Numbered from the stretch's first letter, positions 19,800 to 29,918 are shown. The stretch: 64,000 nt of DNA from Verrucomicrobiia bacterium (GCA_963664225.1 OY760937.1:1280001-1344000), one strand, 5' to 3'. Notes: generated by a model from the letters alone, not told the origin. A program made the numbers and translations.

Positions 19800-20151
19800 A
19801 TCTTTCTTGGTTTTGAACCTCCCTGAAATGACCTTTAACCCGAGTCCTGCCACCCAGTCCGCCAACCAAAAAGGCGCGGACGGTCTTTTCGACCAGGGTG
19901 ACAGGCCCCGCCGGTCCCAATCCTCTGGTGTCGATGTTTCAGGGTCTGGTTCCATTTTGGAGGCGGTGGAGCGCGTCTGCGCCCCAAACAACCGCCATCC
20001 CGTCACCTTTCCAGTCGCAGCGGACCCTGCATTCCGAACAGGAAAGTTTTCCCGGCTCGCCGTTTGGAGCGGCTTCCGCCCTTAATCTCGTCGGAGAGAC
20101 GAGAAAATCCGACCGCAAGGCGGCATCAAATTCCGCGCGAACGGGCAGGAT

Positions 20152-21549
20152 TCAGTTCTCCTCGCACATGAGTTTCAGGGCGCAGGCATCGAGCAGGGTC
20201 TTGCGCATGGCTGCGGCGAGCATTCCGCCCTGTTCCATCATCTTGCGCTGAGCAACGCTGATCTGCTGGAGCGCGTCCTGCTCCATGCGCTCCCGTTCGA
20301 CGGCCGAGAGCGTCTGCCAGAACTGCTGAATCGCCTTTTCCCGGGCTTCCTCTTTCGTTCGCGTTGCCGCCTCCTGCTGTTCCCTGCGGCGCGCCTCGCG
20401 GGTGCGCCTTTGTTCGGCCTCTTCCCTGCGACGCGCCATTTCCTCATGGTTTAGAAAATCCCTGGGCGGCGCGTATTCGCCGCGAATGGCACTCAAGAGG
20501 AAGCCCGGCGGATTGCGTGAGACTTTCGGGTCCTTCTGCACCACCAGGTAGTCAAAGACCTCAAGCTGCGGCTGGATGCGCTCAGGCGCGAACTGCTTCA
20601 CTGTGCTCCTTGCGGTGGACGGAGACACGCCCCGCGCGATAAGGGCCGCGACCAGCGCCTCCGCCGGTTCGTCGGCTGGAGTTGGCTTCCGGTTCGCCTC
20701 CCCTTTCGCCTTCTCGAACACAATCCGCCACTCTCCGCTGCATACCTTGAGAAAGCGCTCTGTCTCCGAGAGCGCCCGCAAATAGCCGCGCTGTTCCAGT
20801 TCCGTAATGCCGCACCGCAACTTGCGCTTCAGGTTGGCCGTGTCGTAGTTCCGGGACAGACCGGCGTGTTCGCAGGCGAACTCCTTAAGGTTGAAATCCC
20901 ACCGGTCCCGGTGGAAAAAGCGCTTGTCGAGGAAACGGTAGAGCCGTCGTGCAATGGCGCTCCGCAAATCGCGAAAGAAGTCAAAATCGATGCTCTTGAG
21001 ATTGCCGGCCTGGAAACTGCGAAAGATCACCTCGTTCCAGACGAACACCGAGCTGCCGGACTCGTCATCCCCAACCCTGCGGCCATACTCGCGTTGAAAC
21101 AGACGCACGTTGTCCAGGACATGAAACTTCTCATCCACCCAGCACTGCTTCGCCTTGTTCCACCAGGCGCGCTGGTAATAAAGCGTCACCCCGGTCCAAC
21201 GATTGAGAGACGCCTCGATCCGCTCGTAGCTCTTGCTTTCGTTGCGCCAGCCGAGCAGCTGGATGAGCTGGTAGCGCGTGAAGCGCACCGTGCGGGCGGC
21301 GAAATGCTCGAGCCGGGAAAGCTGGATCAAACCCAGCAGCACCGCGTCATCGAGGGCGGTTGGCAGGCCGTAGGCATCGGAACCGGTGATGGTGAGCTGA
21401 CGGGTGATGGTCTCCCCGCGGCCATGGTCCCAGACCCGGTCCTCGAAGCGCAGCGTCTTCTGGTCCGGCCGAAGCCGGTGCGCCAGCGCGCATAGCGGAA
21501 ACTCCGCCAGGTTTAGTTCATCTCGTCCATCGCTGATCTTTTGTGGCAT
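20152..21549 (-). CDS. repA: plasmid replication initiator protein A (RepA); start may extend to 21636
   Basis: GRDELNLAEFP, GLPT..D, FT.YQL...LGW....Y, A.RLYRFLDKRF, and C-terminal NP.GFL..AIR. Confidence 0.85.
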   Translation of the reverse strand: MPQKISDGRDELNLAEFPLCALAHRLRPDQKTLRFEDRVWDHGRGETITRQLTITGSDAYGLPTALDDAVLLGLIQLSRLEHFAARTVRFTRYQLIQLLGWRNESKSYERIEASLNRWTGVTLYYQRAWWNKAKQCWVDEKFHVLDNVRLFQREYGRRVGDDESGSSVFVWNEVIFRSFQAGNLKSIDFDFFRDLRSAIARRLYRFLDKRFFHRDRWDFNLKEFACEHAGLSRNYDTANLKRKLRCGITELEQRGYLRALSETERFLKVCSGEWRIVFEKAKGEANRKPTPADEPAEALVAALIARGVSPSTARSTVKQFAPERIQPQLEVFDYLVVQKDPKVSRNPPGFLLSAIRGEYAPPRDFLNHEEMARRREEAEQRRTREARRREQQEAATRTKEEAREKAIQQFWQTLSAVERERMEQDALQQISVAQRKMMEQGGMLAAAMRKTLLDACALKLMCEEN

Positions 21550-21710
21550 CGATTCTACTTCGATGCGTTCCTGCGCTTCCAAGATTCCTTCGCCTCCTTG
21601 CCAGTCAATAACACCCCCCGACGGGCTGCTGTTCATTTAAGGTTTTGAGAACAGAGTTCGAAGTTAGGGTCAGAAATCGCGAACCGGCGCGCGGGGTTGC
21701 CGTGCTTTTT

Positions 21711-21840
21711 CTGCCCCGAATCCCGGTAAATCCTGTCTCGACTCCCACTGCCCGGCTGCCCCGGTTCCCGGTAAAACCTGCCTCAAATCCCGCCCCCAAA
21801 CTGTCCCGGTTCCCAGTAGCGTTCTGTCTCAAATCCCACT
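21711..21840. repeat. three imperfect direct repeats with a 45-bp period upstream of repA (candidate iterons)
   Basis: ctgccccgaatcccggtaaatcctgtctcgactccc at 21711, ctgccccggttcccggtaaaacctgcctcaaatccc at 21756, ctgtcccggttcccagtagcgttctgtctcaaatccc at 21801. Confidence 0.75.
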
Positions 21841-21960
21841 CTGGTTTTTGTAACACATTTTAACACGCGTGGGTAGGTCATGATTCCGAAGTTTGCAGGC
21901 TCCCTCCCTATCGCTCCGCGCCTGCGCGAGCACAGAAAGCGATGGTATAACGCCTGCAAA

Positions 21961-21999
21961 TGGTATTTGTATTGGTATTGGTATTGGTATTTGTAATGG
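21961..21999. repeat. short (T)GGTAT-type hexamer array between repA and parA
   Basis: tggtatttgtattggtattggtattggtatttgtaatgg. Confidence 0.7.
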
Positions 22000-22256
22000 C
22001 CCCCGATCCGGCGACTTGCCGATGTTTCGTCCATCCATTCGCATGGCCGGGGGGAGCGTTATTAACCCAAATGAGCCGGAGGCGACGTGTAAAATGCATG
22101 TTTGCAGGCATGCTGGATTGCATGCAAGTCTGCAGGTCCGCAAGCAGGAATGTCTTGATATATACTCTCTTGCATATATGTCAGTTTAAGTGCTAGTAAG
22201 ACAATATGCCCGCGACACTGAAGCCGCGGGCCATTTTGTTCAGGGAGGGGAAGGCA

Positions 22257-22916
22257 ATGATCGTCGCGCTCAGCAATTCCAAAGGCGGAGTGGGCAAGTC
22301 CACCCTGGCCGTGCATCTGGCCGTGTCGTGGCTTGAAGAGGGGACGGGCGTCGCGTTGGTGGATGCCGACGTGCAAGGCTCGTCGTCGGGGTGGCTCCAT
22401 GAAGCCGCCCCGCAATTGCCGGTGTTCCGGTTACAAACTCCCGACGAGGTGCTGGAGCAGGTGCCGGTCATCGCGGGCCAGTTCCAGCGGGTCGTGATTG
22501 ACGGGCCGGCGGGGCTTTCCGAGGTCACGCGGGCCATCCTCTTGGTGGCTGACATCGCGCTCCTGCCCTGCGGGCCATCCGTCCTGGATTTGCGGGCTGT
22601 GCATGAAGCGTTGCGCGTCGTGAGGCAGGCCCAGCAGATCCGTCAGGGACCTCCGAGCCCGATGGTCGTTCCCAACAAGCTGCAGGTTCAATACCGGCTC
22701 AGCCAGGAGTTGTTGGAAACTGCGAAATCGCTGGGCATCCCATCGCTGCCGGGTCTGCGCCTGCGCCAGGCGTATGCGGACGCCGCAGGGCAGGGCACAG
22801 TGGTCTGGCGGATGGGGCCGCGCGGTGAAGCCGCCGCATCGGAATTGAGAAACCTCTTTCAGGAGTTGGCCAGCTATGAATCGTCGAACTTTGAGCGCCG
22901 CGCTGCAAACGGTTAG
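22257..22916 (+). CDS. parA: ParA family partition ATPase (short type)
   Basis: NSKGGVGKST deviant Walker A, VDAD.QGS, VIDGP. GGAGG precedes ATG 22257. Confidence 0.92.
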   Translation: MIVALSNSKGGVGKSTLAVHLAVSWLEEGTGVALVDADVQGSSSGWLHEAAPQLPVFRLQTPDEVLEQVPVIAGQFQRVVIDGPAGLSEVTRAILLVADIALLPCGPSVLDLRAVHEALRVVRQAQQIRQGPPSPMVVPNKLQVQYRLSQELLETAKSLGIPSLPGLRLRQAYADAAGQGTVVWRMGPRGEAAASELRNLFQELASYESSNFERRAANG

Positions 22917-23250
22917 CCTGACCGAATCGGCATTGGATTTCGTGAAGGCCGGCAATGCCAGACCAGCCCTGGACACCACGGCCGCCACGCCGATTCCGCC
23001 AACAAGCGCCGAGGAACCGCGTCCGGCAGGGAATGGATTGAAGCCGCGCTGGCAAGTCGGCGATGAAGCGGAACTCGAAGCAGACGCGGGTCTGGTCTCG
23101 TTGACCGTGCGGGTGCCGCGTGGTGTGCCGACGGGATTGCTGCTGGCCTCGATGGACCGGAAGCTCAAGCGCCAACGTCCTTGGACCCAGCAGGAAATCG
23201 TCGCCGAGGCCCTGACTCAATGGCTAAAGCAGCATGGATATCTGTCTTGA
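22876..23250 (+). CDS. probable small centromere-binding partner of ParA (RHH-like C-terminus)
   Basis: Overlaps the parA end. Disordered N-half, then SLTVRVP...QQEIVAEAL..WL. Confidence 0.65.
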   Translation: MNRRTLSAALQTVSLTESALDFVKAGNARPALDTTAATPIPPTSAEEPRPAGNGLKPRWQVGDEAELEADAGLVSLTVRVPRGVPTGLLLASMDRKLKRQRPWTQQEIVAEALTQWLKQHGYLS

Positions 23251-23274
23251 ACGAAAGTGATAAAGGGAGGAAGT

Positions 23275-23634
23275 ATGGAAGACCTGAACCGTTTGATTGA
23301 TGTCACGACCTTCGGCACGGTGCGCCGTTACCTCAGAGCCGCGCCTTCGCCCCGCACGACCGTCATGCTGGTGCGACACCGTGACATATTGCCACGCGTG
23401 GGCACGGCGCTGGTGACGGACCCGGGCAACCGCCGGACCTTTCGTCGCCGACAGTGGGCCGATTGGCTCACCTCGGGCGAGGTCCGATTCGACGGGACCC
23501 CCACCGCAGGCCAAAGCGCAAATCTCGACGCGATCCCGGACTCCGCTCTCTGCGATGTGCTTTACGTGCCGCCATTTTACCTGGTGTCCCTGCGCGGCTA
23601 CAAGGTGCCGGTGGTGCGTCGCGCTGACGCCTGA
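23275..23634 (+). CDS. hypothetical protein
   Basis: GGAGG before ATG 23275; in line with the par operon. Confidence 0.5.
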   Translation: MEDLNRLIDVTTFGTVRRYLRAAPSPRTTVMLVRHRDILPRVGTALVTDPGNRRTFRRRQWADWLTSGEVRFDGTPTAGQSANLDAIPDSALCDVLYVPPFYLVSLRGYKVPVVRRADA

Positions 23635-23847
23635 CATCCCTCCTATCGCGGTTCAAACCGTGTCTCATATTTTCCGCTACCAACGCCGTGCGGGAAGTGC
23701 TACGCATGGCACAGTGGGAGGTTTTGTTCTCCCCCAAACGTGAGGATTGCCCACGCAATCTTTGACGTCGTTGTGATCGGCGCTGGCACCCGGAAAACCT
23801 GGCTCACCACCAGGCTAAGGGGACGGTCTTACCAACCGTCATGTCAG

Positions 23848-24830
23848 TGTCCCGTAGAGCGTGGTGCCACGAGAGTGGCCCGCCACGTTCGAGGGAGGCT
23901 TTCGGAAGTAATCCCGCCTTATCAGCGGAGTAATCTCCGGATTCTATCCCATAACGAGATGGTGCTCGTGAATGCGGGCGAGCGGGACACGCCGGTTGCT
24001 GAAATGCAGCCGGTCGGTCCTGTCCAAAATGGGTGCGTCGTGCCCAGGGGCACGGCATATCCCTCGGCGGGAATCGGACCAAAGCCGCAAGGCCAATCGG
24101 GTGCAAGGCTCGACAGGTTCGTTTAACGCGCGCTGGCGTCGGGAGCTTCCCGGTGGCAACACCGAGGAACCGGAGGCCGACAACCTCCGGGGTTCTGCCA
24201 AAACAGCAGACCGTGAAAAGCTCAACGATGAGAGGGGCGTCAAGCCCTTGCCAGTAAACGATAGCAGAGACGGAGCCGAATCGGCGAAGTTCAACCAGGG
24301 TGGGTAAGGGGGCGCTTCTGTATTCTATCCCCTGAAATCAGTCCCGCAGTGGGACTGGAAACCATGCCGGGGCGGGAGCCTCGGACATGCCTGGTGAGCG
24401 TGGACGCTTGCGCGTCCAGCCAACGTGACTGCTGTGGTGAAGGACAGGAATAACCGCGCAAGGAGTGTGGCGGCCGGAGTGGTATCCGGTGCCGGCGTGT
24501 CAGCCGGTGCTTCAATAGCCGCACTCTGATGAGAGTGCCCCAAGTAGGACCAGGCGGAGCCTGGACCCAATCGCCTTCGGCTTTCGAGCCGAAGGCAGGG
24601 TGTCACTCCAGCAAGGCAGTTGGAGTGGCGGGTGCGCGTCAACGGGTGGTGCCGGGCGCAACAGCACACACGAAAGGGGTGACGGGATAAATCGGTCACA
24701 ACGATGTGGTGGGCAGGTGGAATCAAACTCCACCTGCCCGCTGCCTAACCGACAAAGATTTGCGTTCCGCATATCGTTCCTGGGGACAGGCCACGATGCA
24801 TGGAAGGCAGCCTTATACATTGGAGAAACA
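23848..24830 (+). ncRNA. ORF-less, circularly permuted group II intron-like ribozyme (D5-D6, 80-nt exon, D1-D4)
   Basis: 34-nt D5 at 23857-23890 (AGC triad, GAGA tetraloop, 2-nt bulge). D6 with bulged A23946 and terminal AT at 23951-23952. GTGCG at 24033, followed by about 800 nt of hairpin-rich, intron-like sequence. No RT ORF. The 3' end is approximate. Confidence 0.75.
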
Positions 24831-25090
24831 GCCATGAGTGGGTGAACGAAGAGGATTTAAGCAGCCGCTACCGCCATGGATGGGCAACTGCAACATTGGA
24901 ATGCAGCGCGCGCGCCGTGATGGCCGAAGAACCTGCGCTTTGCGTGGACCAGAGGTTCTGAGACGGGCTTGCGGGGGGCGCGTTATTCGAGCGAGTGACA
25001 GGCTGCAAGAAGGTTACGGCTTTCGGGAGGTTGCGCCGCATAAGCAACCTTCCACCCTTTAGACGCCATAACACCGTTTGGAGGTGTGGT

Positions 25091-25720
25091 ATGGCATATC
25101 GGTGTGTGGCGGTTTCCGTGGCCGGATTCGTCCAGCAACTGGCCGTGGCTTACGTGGCTAACGGCTATTGGTTTTACGTGATGGGCCGGGTGCCGGATCC
25201 CAAAGATCCGGTCAGCGTGGATCGCAAGATGGTGACGCAATACGGGATCGATGTCTCGAAGTGGACGCGGGCGCGCTGCAAGAAAACGGGTCAGGCGCGC
25301 GTGCAGTATCTTCGATACGGCCGGTTCTTTGTGATTCTCGCGACCCACGGAGAGCACCCGTTCTTCGCCGTGGAGGGCAAGCAGGTTCGGGATTTCCGGC
25401 GGCATCCGCTCCACTTCATGGGCTACGCGATCAGTTGCCGCCAGGGACGCGATGGCAAGACCTGGCACCCATCGGTCCGCATCGATCGCGGGTTGTGCCT
25501 CGAATTGAAGGCCCGCTTTGCTGCGCTCGCCGTGCATCGGCCGCTTGAAGAGTTGTGCCGTGAACTCAGGCGGATTGATTTTGAGCCCTATGCGCCCGTC
25601 CGCGATCAACTCCGCGGCATCCTGCGGGCCGTGAACCGCCGCCGCAAAGCCGCTGGCCTGGAACTGGTGCCATGGGAAGCGCTCTGGCTGCGGCGAATGC
25701 CGGTCAAGCCATTCGGATAA
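25091..25720 (+). CDS. conserved hypothetical basic protein
   Basis: GGAGG before ATG 25091. Aromatic- and Arg-rich (GFVQQLAV.Y..NGYWFYV.G, YLRYGRFFV.LATHG.H.FF). Confidence 0.7.
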   Translation: MAYRCVAVSVAGFVQQLAVAYVANGYWFYVMGRVPDPKDPVSVDRKMVTQYGIDVSKWTRARCKKTGQARVQYLRYGRFFVILATHGEHPFFAVEGKQVRDFRRHPLHFMGYAISCRQGRDGKTWHPSVRIDRGLCLELKARFAALAVHRPLEELCRELRRIDFEPYAPVRDQLRGILRAVNRRRKAAGLELVPWEALWLRRMPVKPFG

Positions 25721-25726
25721 TCTGTG

Positions 25727-26347
25727 CTACTGAAGGTAGCCCAATTCGCGTAAGGATAGGAAATCCTTGGGCCGTTCGGTGGTGGCCTGGCCCAGGATGA
25801 TATGGTCCAGAACCTCGATTTTGAGCAATTGGCCCGCTCGGACTAGCTCGCAGGTGACTTTGATGTCAGCCGCACTGGGGGTGGGGTCGCCGCTGGGATG
25901 ATTATGCGCGAGAATAATGGCCGCCGCCCGATGGGCTATGGCTGTGCCAAAAACTTCGCGCGGATGGACCAGAATGGTGTCCAAGGTGCCCTGGGAGATG
26001 GTTTGCACCGCAATCAGGCGCCGACGGGAGTTCACCAGGATCGTCTGGAAAACCTCAACGGTGTAAAGCCGGTTTCGCTCACGCAACAGGTCCGCCACAC
26101 GTTCCGGGGCGTCCAGCATGGGCGGCTCGATAATGGTCTCGTGGCTGAGGCGCTGGGCGAGAAGGAAGGCCGATTTGATGGCGGCAGCGCGTGATTTGCC
26201 TACGCCTTTGATTTGTTGGAGTTCGTTGAGCGAGACCTGCGCCAGCTTGGTCAGCCCTCCGTATTCTTCCATCAGCATTGTCGCGGCCGATTTGCCGGCC
26301 AGCGTGGAAAGCAGGTCAACATTGCTGGCGTGTTCGAAATGCTCCAT
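25727..26347 (-). CDS. radC: RadC family protein (HhH plus JAB)
   Basis: IKGVGKSRA, GTLD..LVHPREVF, AHNHPSGDPTPS..D, LDHIILG. Confidence 0.92.
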   Translation of the reverse strand: MEHFEHASNVDLLSTLAGKSAATMLMEEYGGLTKLAQVSLNELQQIKGVGKSRAAAIKSAFLLAQRLSHETIIEPPMLDAPERVADLLRERNRLYTVEVFQTILVNSRRRLIAVQTISQGTLDTILVHPREVFGTAIAHRAAAIILAHNHPSGDPTPSAADIKVTCELVRAGQLLKIEVLDHIILGQATTERPKDFLSLRELGYLQ

Positions 26348-26950
26348 GGCTTGATCCCTCCCTTCGATGGGACGAATCTTACCACTGTTTGAATCCTTAA
26401 GGAACAATTTGGAGGCCGTGTTCTATTGCAATGACCGTGCCATGGATTGGCCGGATACGACGTGTTACATGTTACACCGAAGTGGAGGTCCGAAGACCGG
26501 CGGCATCGGGGCGACGAGGCCCGGGCGCACGCCCCTTGGATCGCGGGCCTCGCAGCCGAGCGGAGCGAGGGGCACCTTGGGCCGCCGCAGTTGAGGGCCG
26601 GAACTATGCCTGGATAGGCTTGAATTGGCATCTCACTTCACACGGTAGATTATGAACTGCTCTGGCAATATTCGTGAGCCTATCGTCGGCAAGCTCGCCG
26701 TACAATCAGTTCGGGTTCCACTGACAACGCGTGGGCAATACCTATCCTTTGGCGCTGGCCGCAACTTCAAATTATGGGAACACTGAACGGATTGTTTTTA
26801 AGGGTTCATTTCGCTTGCACTATCGCCGTCATCATCTACGTTTTGAGACTCTTGAAGCGGTTTGTGGGTGCTCATGAGCGAGTTGCGAGCGCTCTTGAGA
26901 GCGAATCTCGTATGATGCGAGAGAATAGTAAGCCATGGAAGTATTATTTT

Positions 26951-27043
26951 GCCAAGCCAAGCAGATGCTCAGAACCCTGCCATGACGACGCTGTTCCAAT
27001 GGAGGCTTCACTGGCGCGGGGTATGTGATCTGCGACGTTAGGC
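26951..27043 (+). other. degenerate solo attC-like site following a small membrane-protein ORF (from 26774)
   Basis: Imperfect palindrome ending GTTAGGC (27037-27043). Inner arms gcagat...atctgc and accctgcca...tggcgcggggt. Left core is GCCAAGC instead of RYYYAAC. Confidence 0.45.
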
Positions 27044-27234
27044 GTCGTTACCATGAGGCCATCTTAGATGCGTTCGCCCTGTTGAGCGAGGCGGAATTAC
27101 AATTGATTTAATCCAAAAACCTGATTGCTTTTGCTGAATGAATAACCGGAAAGCCCAATGGGCATTCTGTCACAGCCCGACATTTTGTGGAAGCAGCAGG
27201 CCGCTGCCGAAGAGGAATATGGATTGCAGCAGAT

Positions 27235-28128
27235 TCATTTCTCATGTGCCTTAAGCGCCTCGAATCCTGAAATCACGTCAAAAAGTTCCTCGTCAATGCC
27301 GCTCTGGCGCAAACGGTGGAACGTACCGTGAAGATGTTCCATCAAGTCATCAATATTTTTATCGGCGCGCTGCATCGCCGCCAGGCGGCTCGCGTTCTCG
27401 CTCGCGAGGGATTCGGCGCACGCCCTGAACAGCGAGATGAACAGATACTCGCGAATGAGAGCGCGCAACGTCGCTGTGCCTCCACCCATGACTTCAGGCA
27501 AGGTCTTTGTCGGCCATGGAACTTTGGCCAGACTCTGAGCCCACGCCCCATCGAGCGGCAGCAATCGTTGGCTAACCGGTTCATAGAGCGCCCCGGATTG
27601 CGGGCGGTTGTGAAAGACGTAAAGCTGCGCATACTCACCTTCCGCCCGGTGCGCTTCGCTTTCAATTTGAATCTCTCCAACGAGCGGAGTAATGGCCCGG
27701 ACGGAATTCGGGATGGCGAACAATCCTATAGGCGGCAAGCCCGCATCCGTCAGCCGCGCGTGAACACGCTCACCGACGGCCCAGACATGGGGTTTGCCAG
27801 GTAGAGCGGCCAGAGTCTTAACCGCAAAATCGGCCACCACATCGTTGAACTGGCCGACCAGTCCTTGATCTGAACCAAACACAACTGCGCCAATCGCACC
27901 GGCATCGGTTTGTCCTCTCCGTTCCACCAGTAAAGTCGCAGGTTCGTTTTCCCGAAAACACGCGCCCAACCCCAACTGCACGGTTCGATAGTAGTCGCCT
28001 AACGCGTGCACAGATTTCTCGTATTGACCGATGCTCGAAGCAGCCAGTGCTTTCATCGTGCGGACGACGGATTGGAGATCCCCAGCACTGCTTATTTTCC
28101 GGCGCAAACTCGCTGTGGTGTCGCTCAT
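27235..28128 (-). CDS. atpG: N-ATPase gamma subunit
   Basis: [35 protein letters not shown]. Confidence 0.93.
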   Translation of the reverse strand: MSDTTASLRRKISSAGDLQSVVRTMKALAASSIGQYEKSVHALGDYYRTVQLGLGACFRENEPATLLVERRGQTDAGAIGAVVFGSDQGLVGQFNDVVADFAVKTLAALPGKPHVWAVGERVHARLTDAGLPPIGLFAIPNSVRAITPLVGEIQIESEAHRAEGEYAQLYVFHNRPQSGALYEPVSQRLLPLDGAWAQSLAKVPWPTKTLPEVMGGGTATLRALIREYLFISLFRACAESLASENASRLAAMQRADKNIDDLMEHLHGTFHRLRQSGIDEELFDVISGFEALKAHEK

Positions 28129-29918
28129 GGTTTGACCTTGGCCTCCGGTTCAGTGACAGGCTCGGGCTTCGTTGGACCATCCGGCTTGGACTCGGTTTCA
28201 GTTTTCAGTTTCGGCTTAGCGTCCGGTTTGGTTTCTGTTATGGCATCCGACTTAGACTCGCTATCGGGCTTGGATTCTGCCTCCGGTGTGGACTTGTTCG
28301 ATTTGGATTCTGGCTTTTTCCCGTCCTTTGCTTCAGGTTCGGGTTTCTTTACGGTCTTTTGGTCAGGCTCGTCGGGCTTGGCTTCCGGTTTGGGCAGGAA
28401 AACTACCAGCGCTTGGCGGGCGATTTCGATAATTGTTTTGCGATCCTCATCGCTCAACTTGTCGGCGGTTTCAAATCGCGCGCTCACCTCGGCCGGGATT
28501 TTAGCCGCCGCCTCTTGCACTGCATGCCCGGCGTCCTTCATTTGGTCCAGCGGCACTGGGTCGAAAAGATTCGCAGTTAAAGCCAGCAGGATGGCGATTT
28601 GTGCGGGCACGGCCACCGGGGAGAACTCCGGCTGCTTGAGGCAGGCGCGGATTCGGCGGCCATGTTCGATGATTTTGCGCGTGTCGTCATCCAGCCGAGC
28701 GCCGAATCTGGAAAAGGTTTCAAGCTCCTCAAACTGTGCATAGGCGAGCTTTAGGTCGCCCGCCACGGCGCGATAGGCCGCTCGTTGCGCTTTGCCACCC
28801 ACACGCGAAACGGATTTTGCAACATCCACCGCTGGTAACACGCCCAGCTCGAACAGCGACGGCGAGAGATAAATCTGCCCGTCGGTGATGGAAATGAGGT
28901 TTGTCGGGATGTAGGCGGAAATATTCTGCGCCTCGGTCTCGATGATGGGGAGGGCAGTGAGCGAGCCGCCGCCGTGTTCCTTGCGCAGATGGGTCGCCCG
29001 TTCCAACAGCCGCGAGTGGATGTAGAAAATGTCGCCGGGAAAGGCTTCACGTCCAGGCGGTCGGCGTAGCAAAAGGGAAAGCTCGCGATAGGCGCGAGCG
29101 TGGTGAGTGAGGTCATCATAAACGATCAGCACATCGCGACCCGCTTCCATGAAATGTTCAGCGATGCTGGTCGCGGCGTATGGAGCTATGTAAGCAAGTC
29201 CGGGTGGATCGTTGCCCTCGGTCACGACGACGACGGTGTAATCCATCGCGCCTTTTTCGCGGAGGTTGGCCACAACCTTGGCGACGGCGGACGCGCGCTG
29301 ACCGATGGCACAATAGACGCACACGACATTCCGGTCGCGTTGGTTGAGAATGGTGTCGAGGGCGATCGCCGTCTTGCCTGTTCGACGGTCACCGAGGATC
29401 AATTCGCGCTGGCCGTGTCCGATGGGAATAAGTGCGTCAATGACTTTGAGGCCGGTCTGAAGCGGCACGGTGACCGGCGCGCGATCCATGATGGCTGCGG
29501 CGGGGCGTTCGATGGGCAGGCGCTCACTGGTTGCCACCGGTCCATTGGCATCGAGCGGCCGGCCAAGTGGGTCAATGACGCGCCCCAGCAATCCTTCGCC
29601 CACGGCCACGTCCATGACCCGGCCCGTGCGCTCGACCTCATCGCCAGCGTGCAGATGTGAGTATTCGCCGAGCAGCACAACACCGATTTCATCCTCATCA
29701 ACGTTGAACGCGATGCCAAACGCGCCGCCGGGGAATTCCACCAACTCCTCGAAGCCCACGCTGGGAAGGCCGGAAACCCGCGCGATGGCCGTGGAAACAC
29801 TCATGATCGTGCCGATTTCGCGCGGCTTAAGTTGTTGGGTATAGGCTTCGCGCCCCTGACTGATTCCGGCGAAGGTGCGGTCGAATACACTCTGCAAATT
29901 CTCAGGCGAAGTGTTCAT
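28125..29918 (-). CDS. atpA: N-ATPase alpha subunit with a K/P/E-rich tail
   Basis: [34 protein letters not shown]. Confidence 0.95.
   Translation of the reverse strand: MNTSPENLQSVFDRTFAGISQGREAYTQQLKPREIGTIMSVSTAIARVSGLPSVGFEELVEFPGGAFGIAFNVDEDEIGVVLLGEYSHLHAGDEVERTGRVMDVAVGEGLLGRVIDPLGRPLDANGPVATSERLPIERPAAAIMDRAPVTVPLQTGLKVIDALIPIGHGQRELILGDRRTGKTAIALDTILNQRDRNVVCVYCAIGQRASAVAKVVANLREKGAMDYTVVVVTEGNDPPGLAYIAPYAATSIAEHFMEAGRDVLIVYDDLTHHARAYRELSLLLRRPPGREAFPGDIFYIHSRLLERATHLRKEHGGGSLTALPIIETEAQNISAYIPTNLISITDGQIYLSPSLFELGVLPAVDVAKSVSRVGGKAQRAAYRAVAGDLKLAYAQFEELETFSRFGARLDDDTRKIIEHGRRIRACLKQPEFSPVAVPAQIAILLALTANLFDPVPLDQMKDAGHAVQEAAAKIPAEVSARFETADKLSDEDRKTIIEIARQALVVFLPKPEAKPDEPDQKTVKKPEPEAKDGKKPESKSNKSTPEAESKPDSESKSDAITETKPDAKPKLKTETESKPDGPTKPEPVTEPEAKVKP

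Larger units (their letters stand above)
9860..26347. mobile_element. mobilizable plasmid-like backbone (RepA, ParA, MOBF relaxase, coupling protein, ArdC, two RadC); true ends not determined
   Basis: Contiguous cluster of replication, partition, mobilization and anti-restriction genes. No integrase, att repeat or VirB/Tra channel genes were recognised in the window. Confidence 0.8.

Noticed and set aside
23740..24845. Multiple overlapping ORFs on both strands
   Set aside because: No protein motifs or RT domains; the region is better explained as structured intron RNA.
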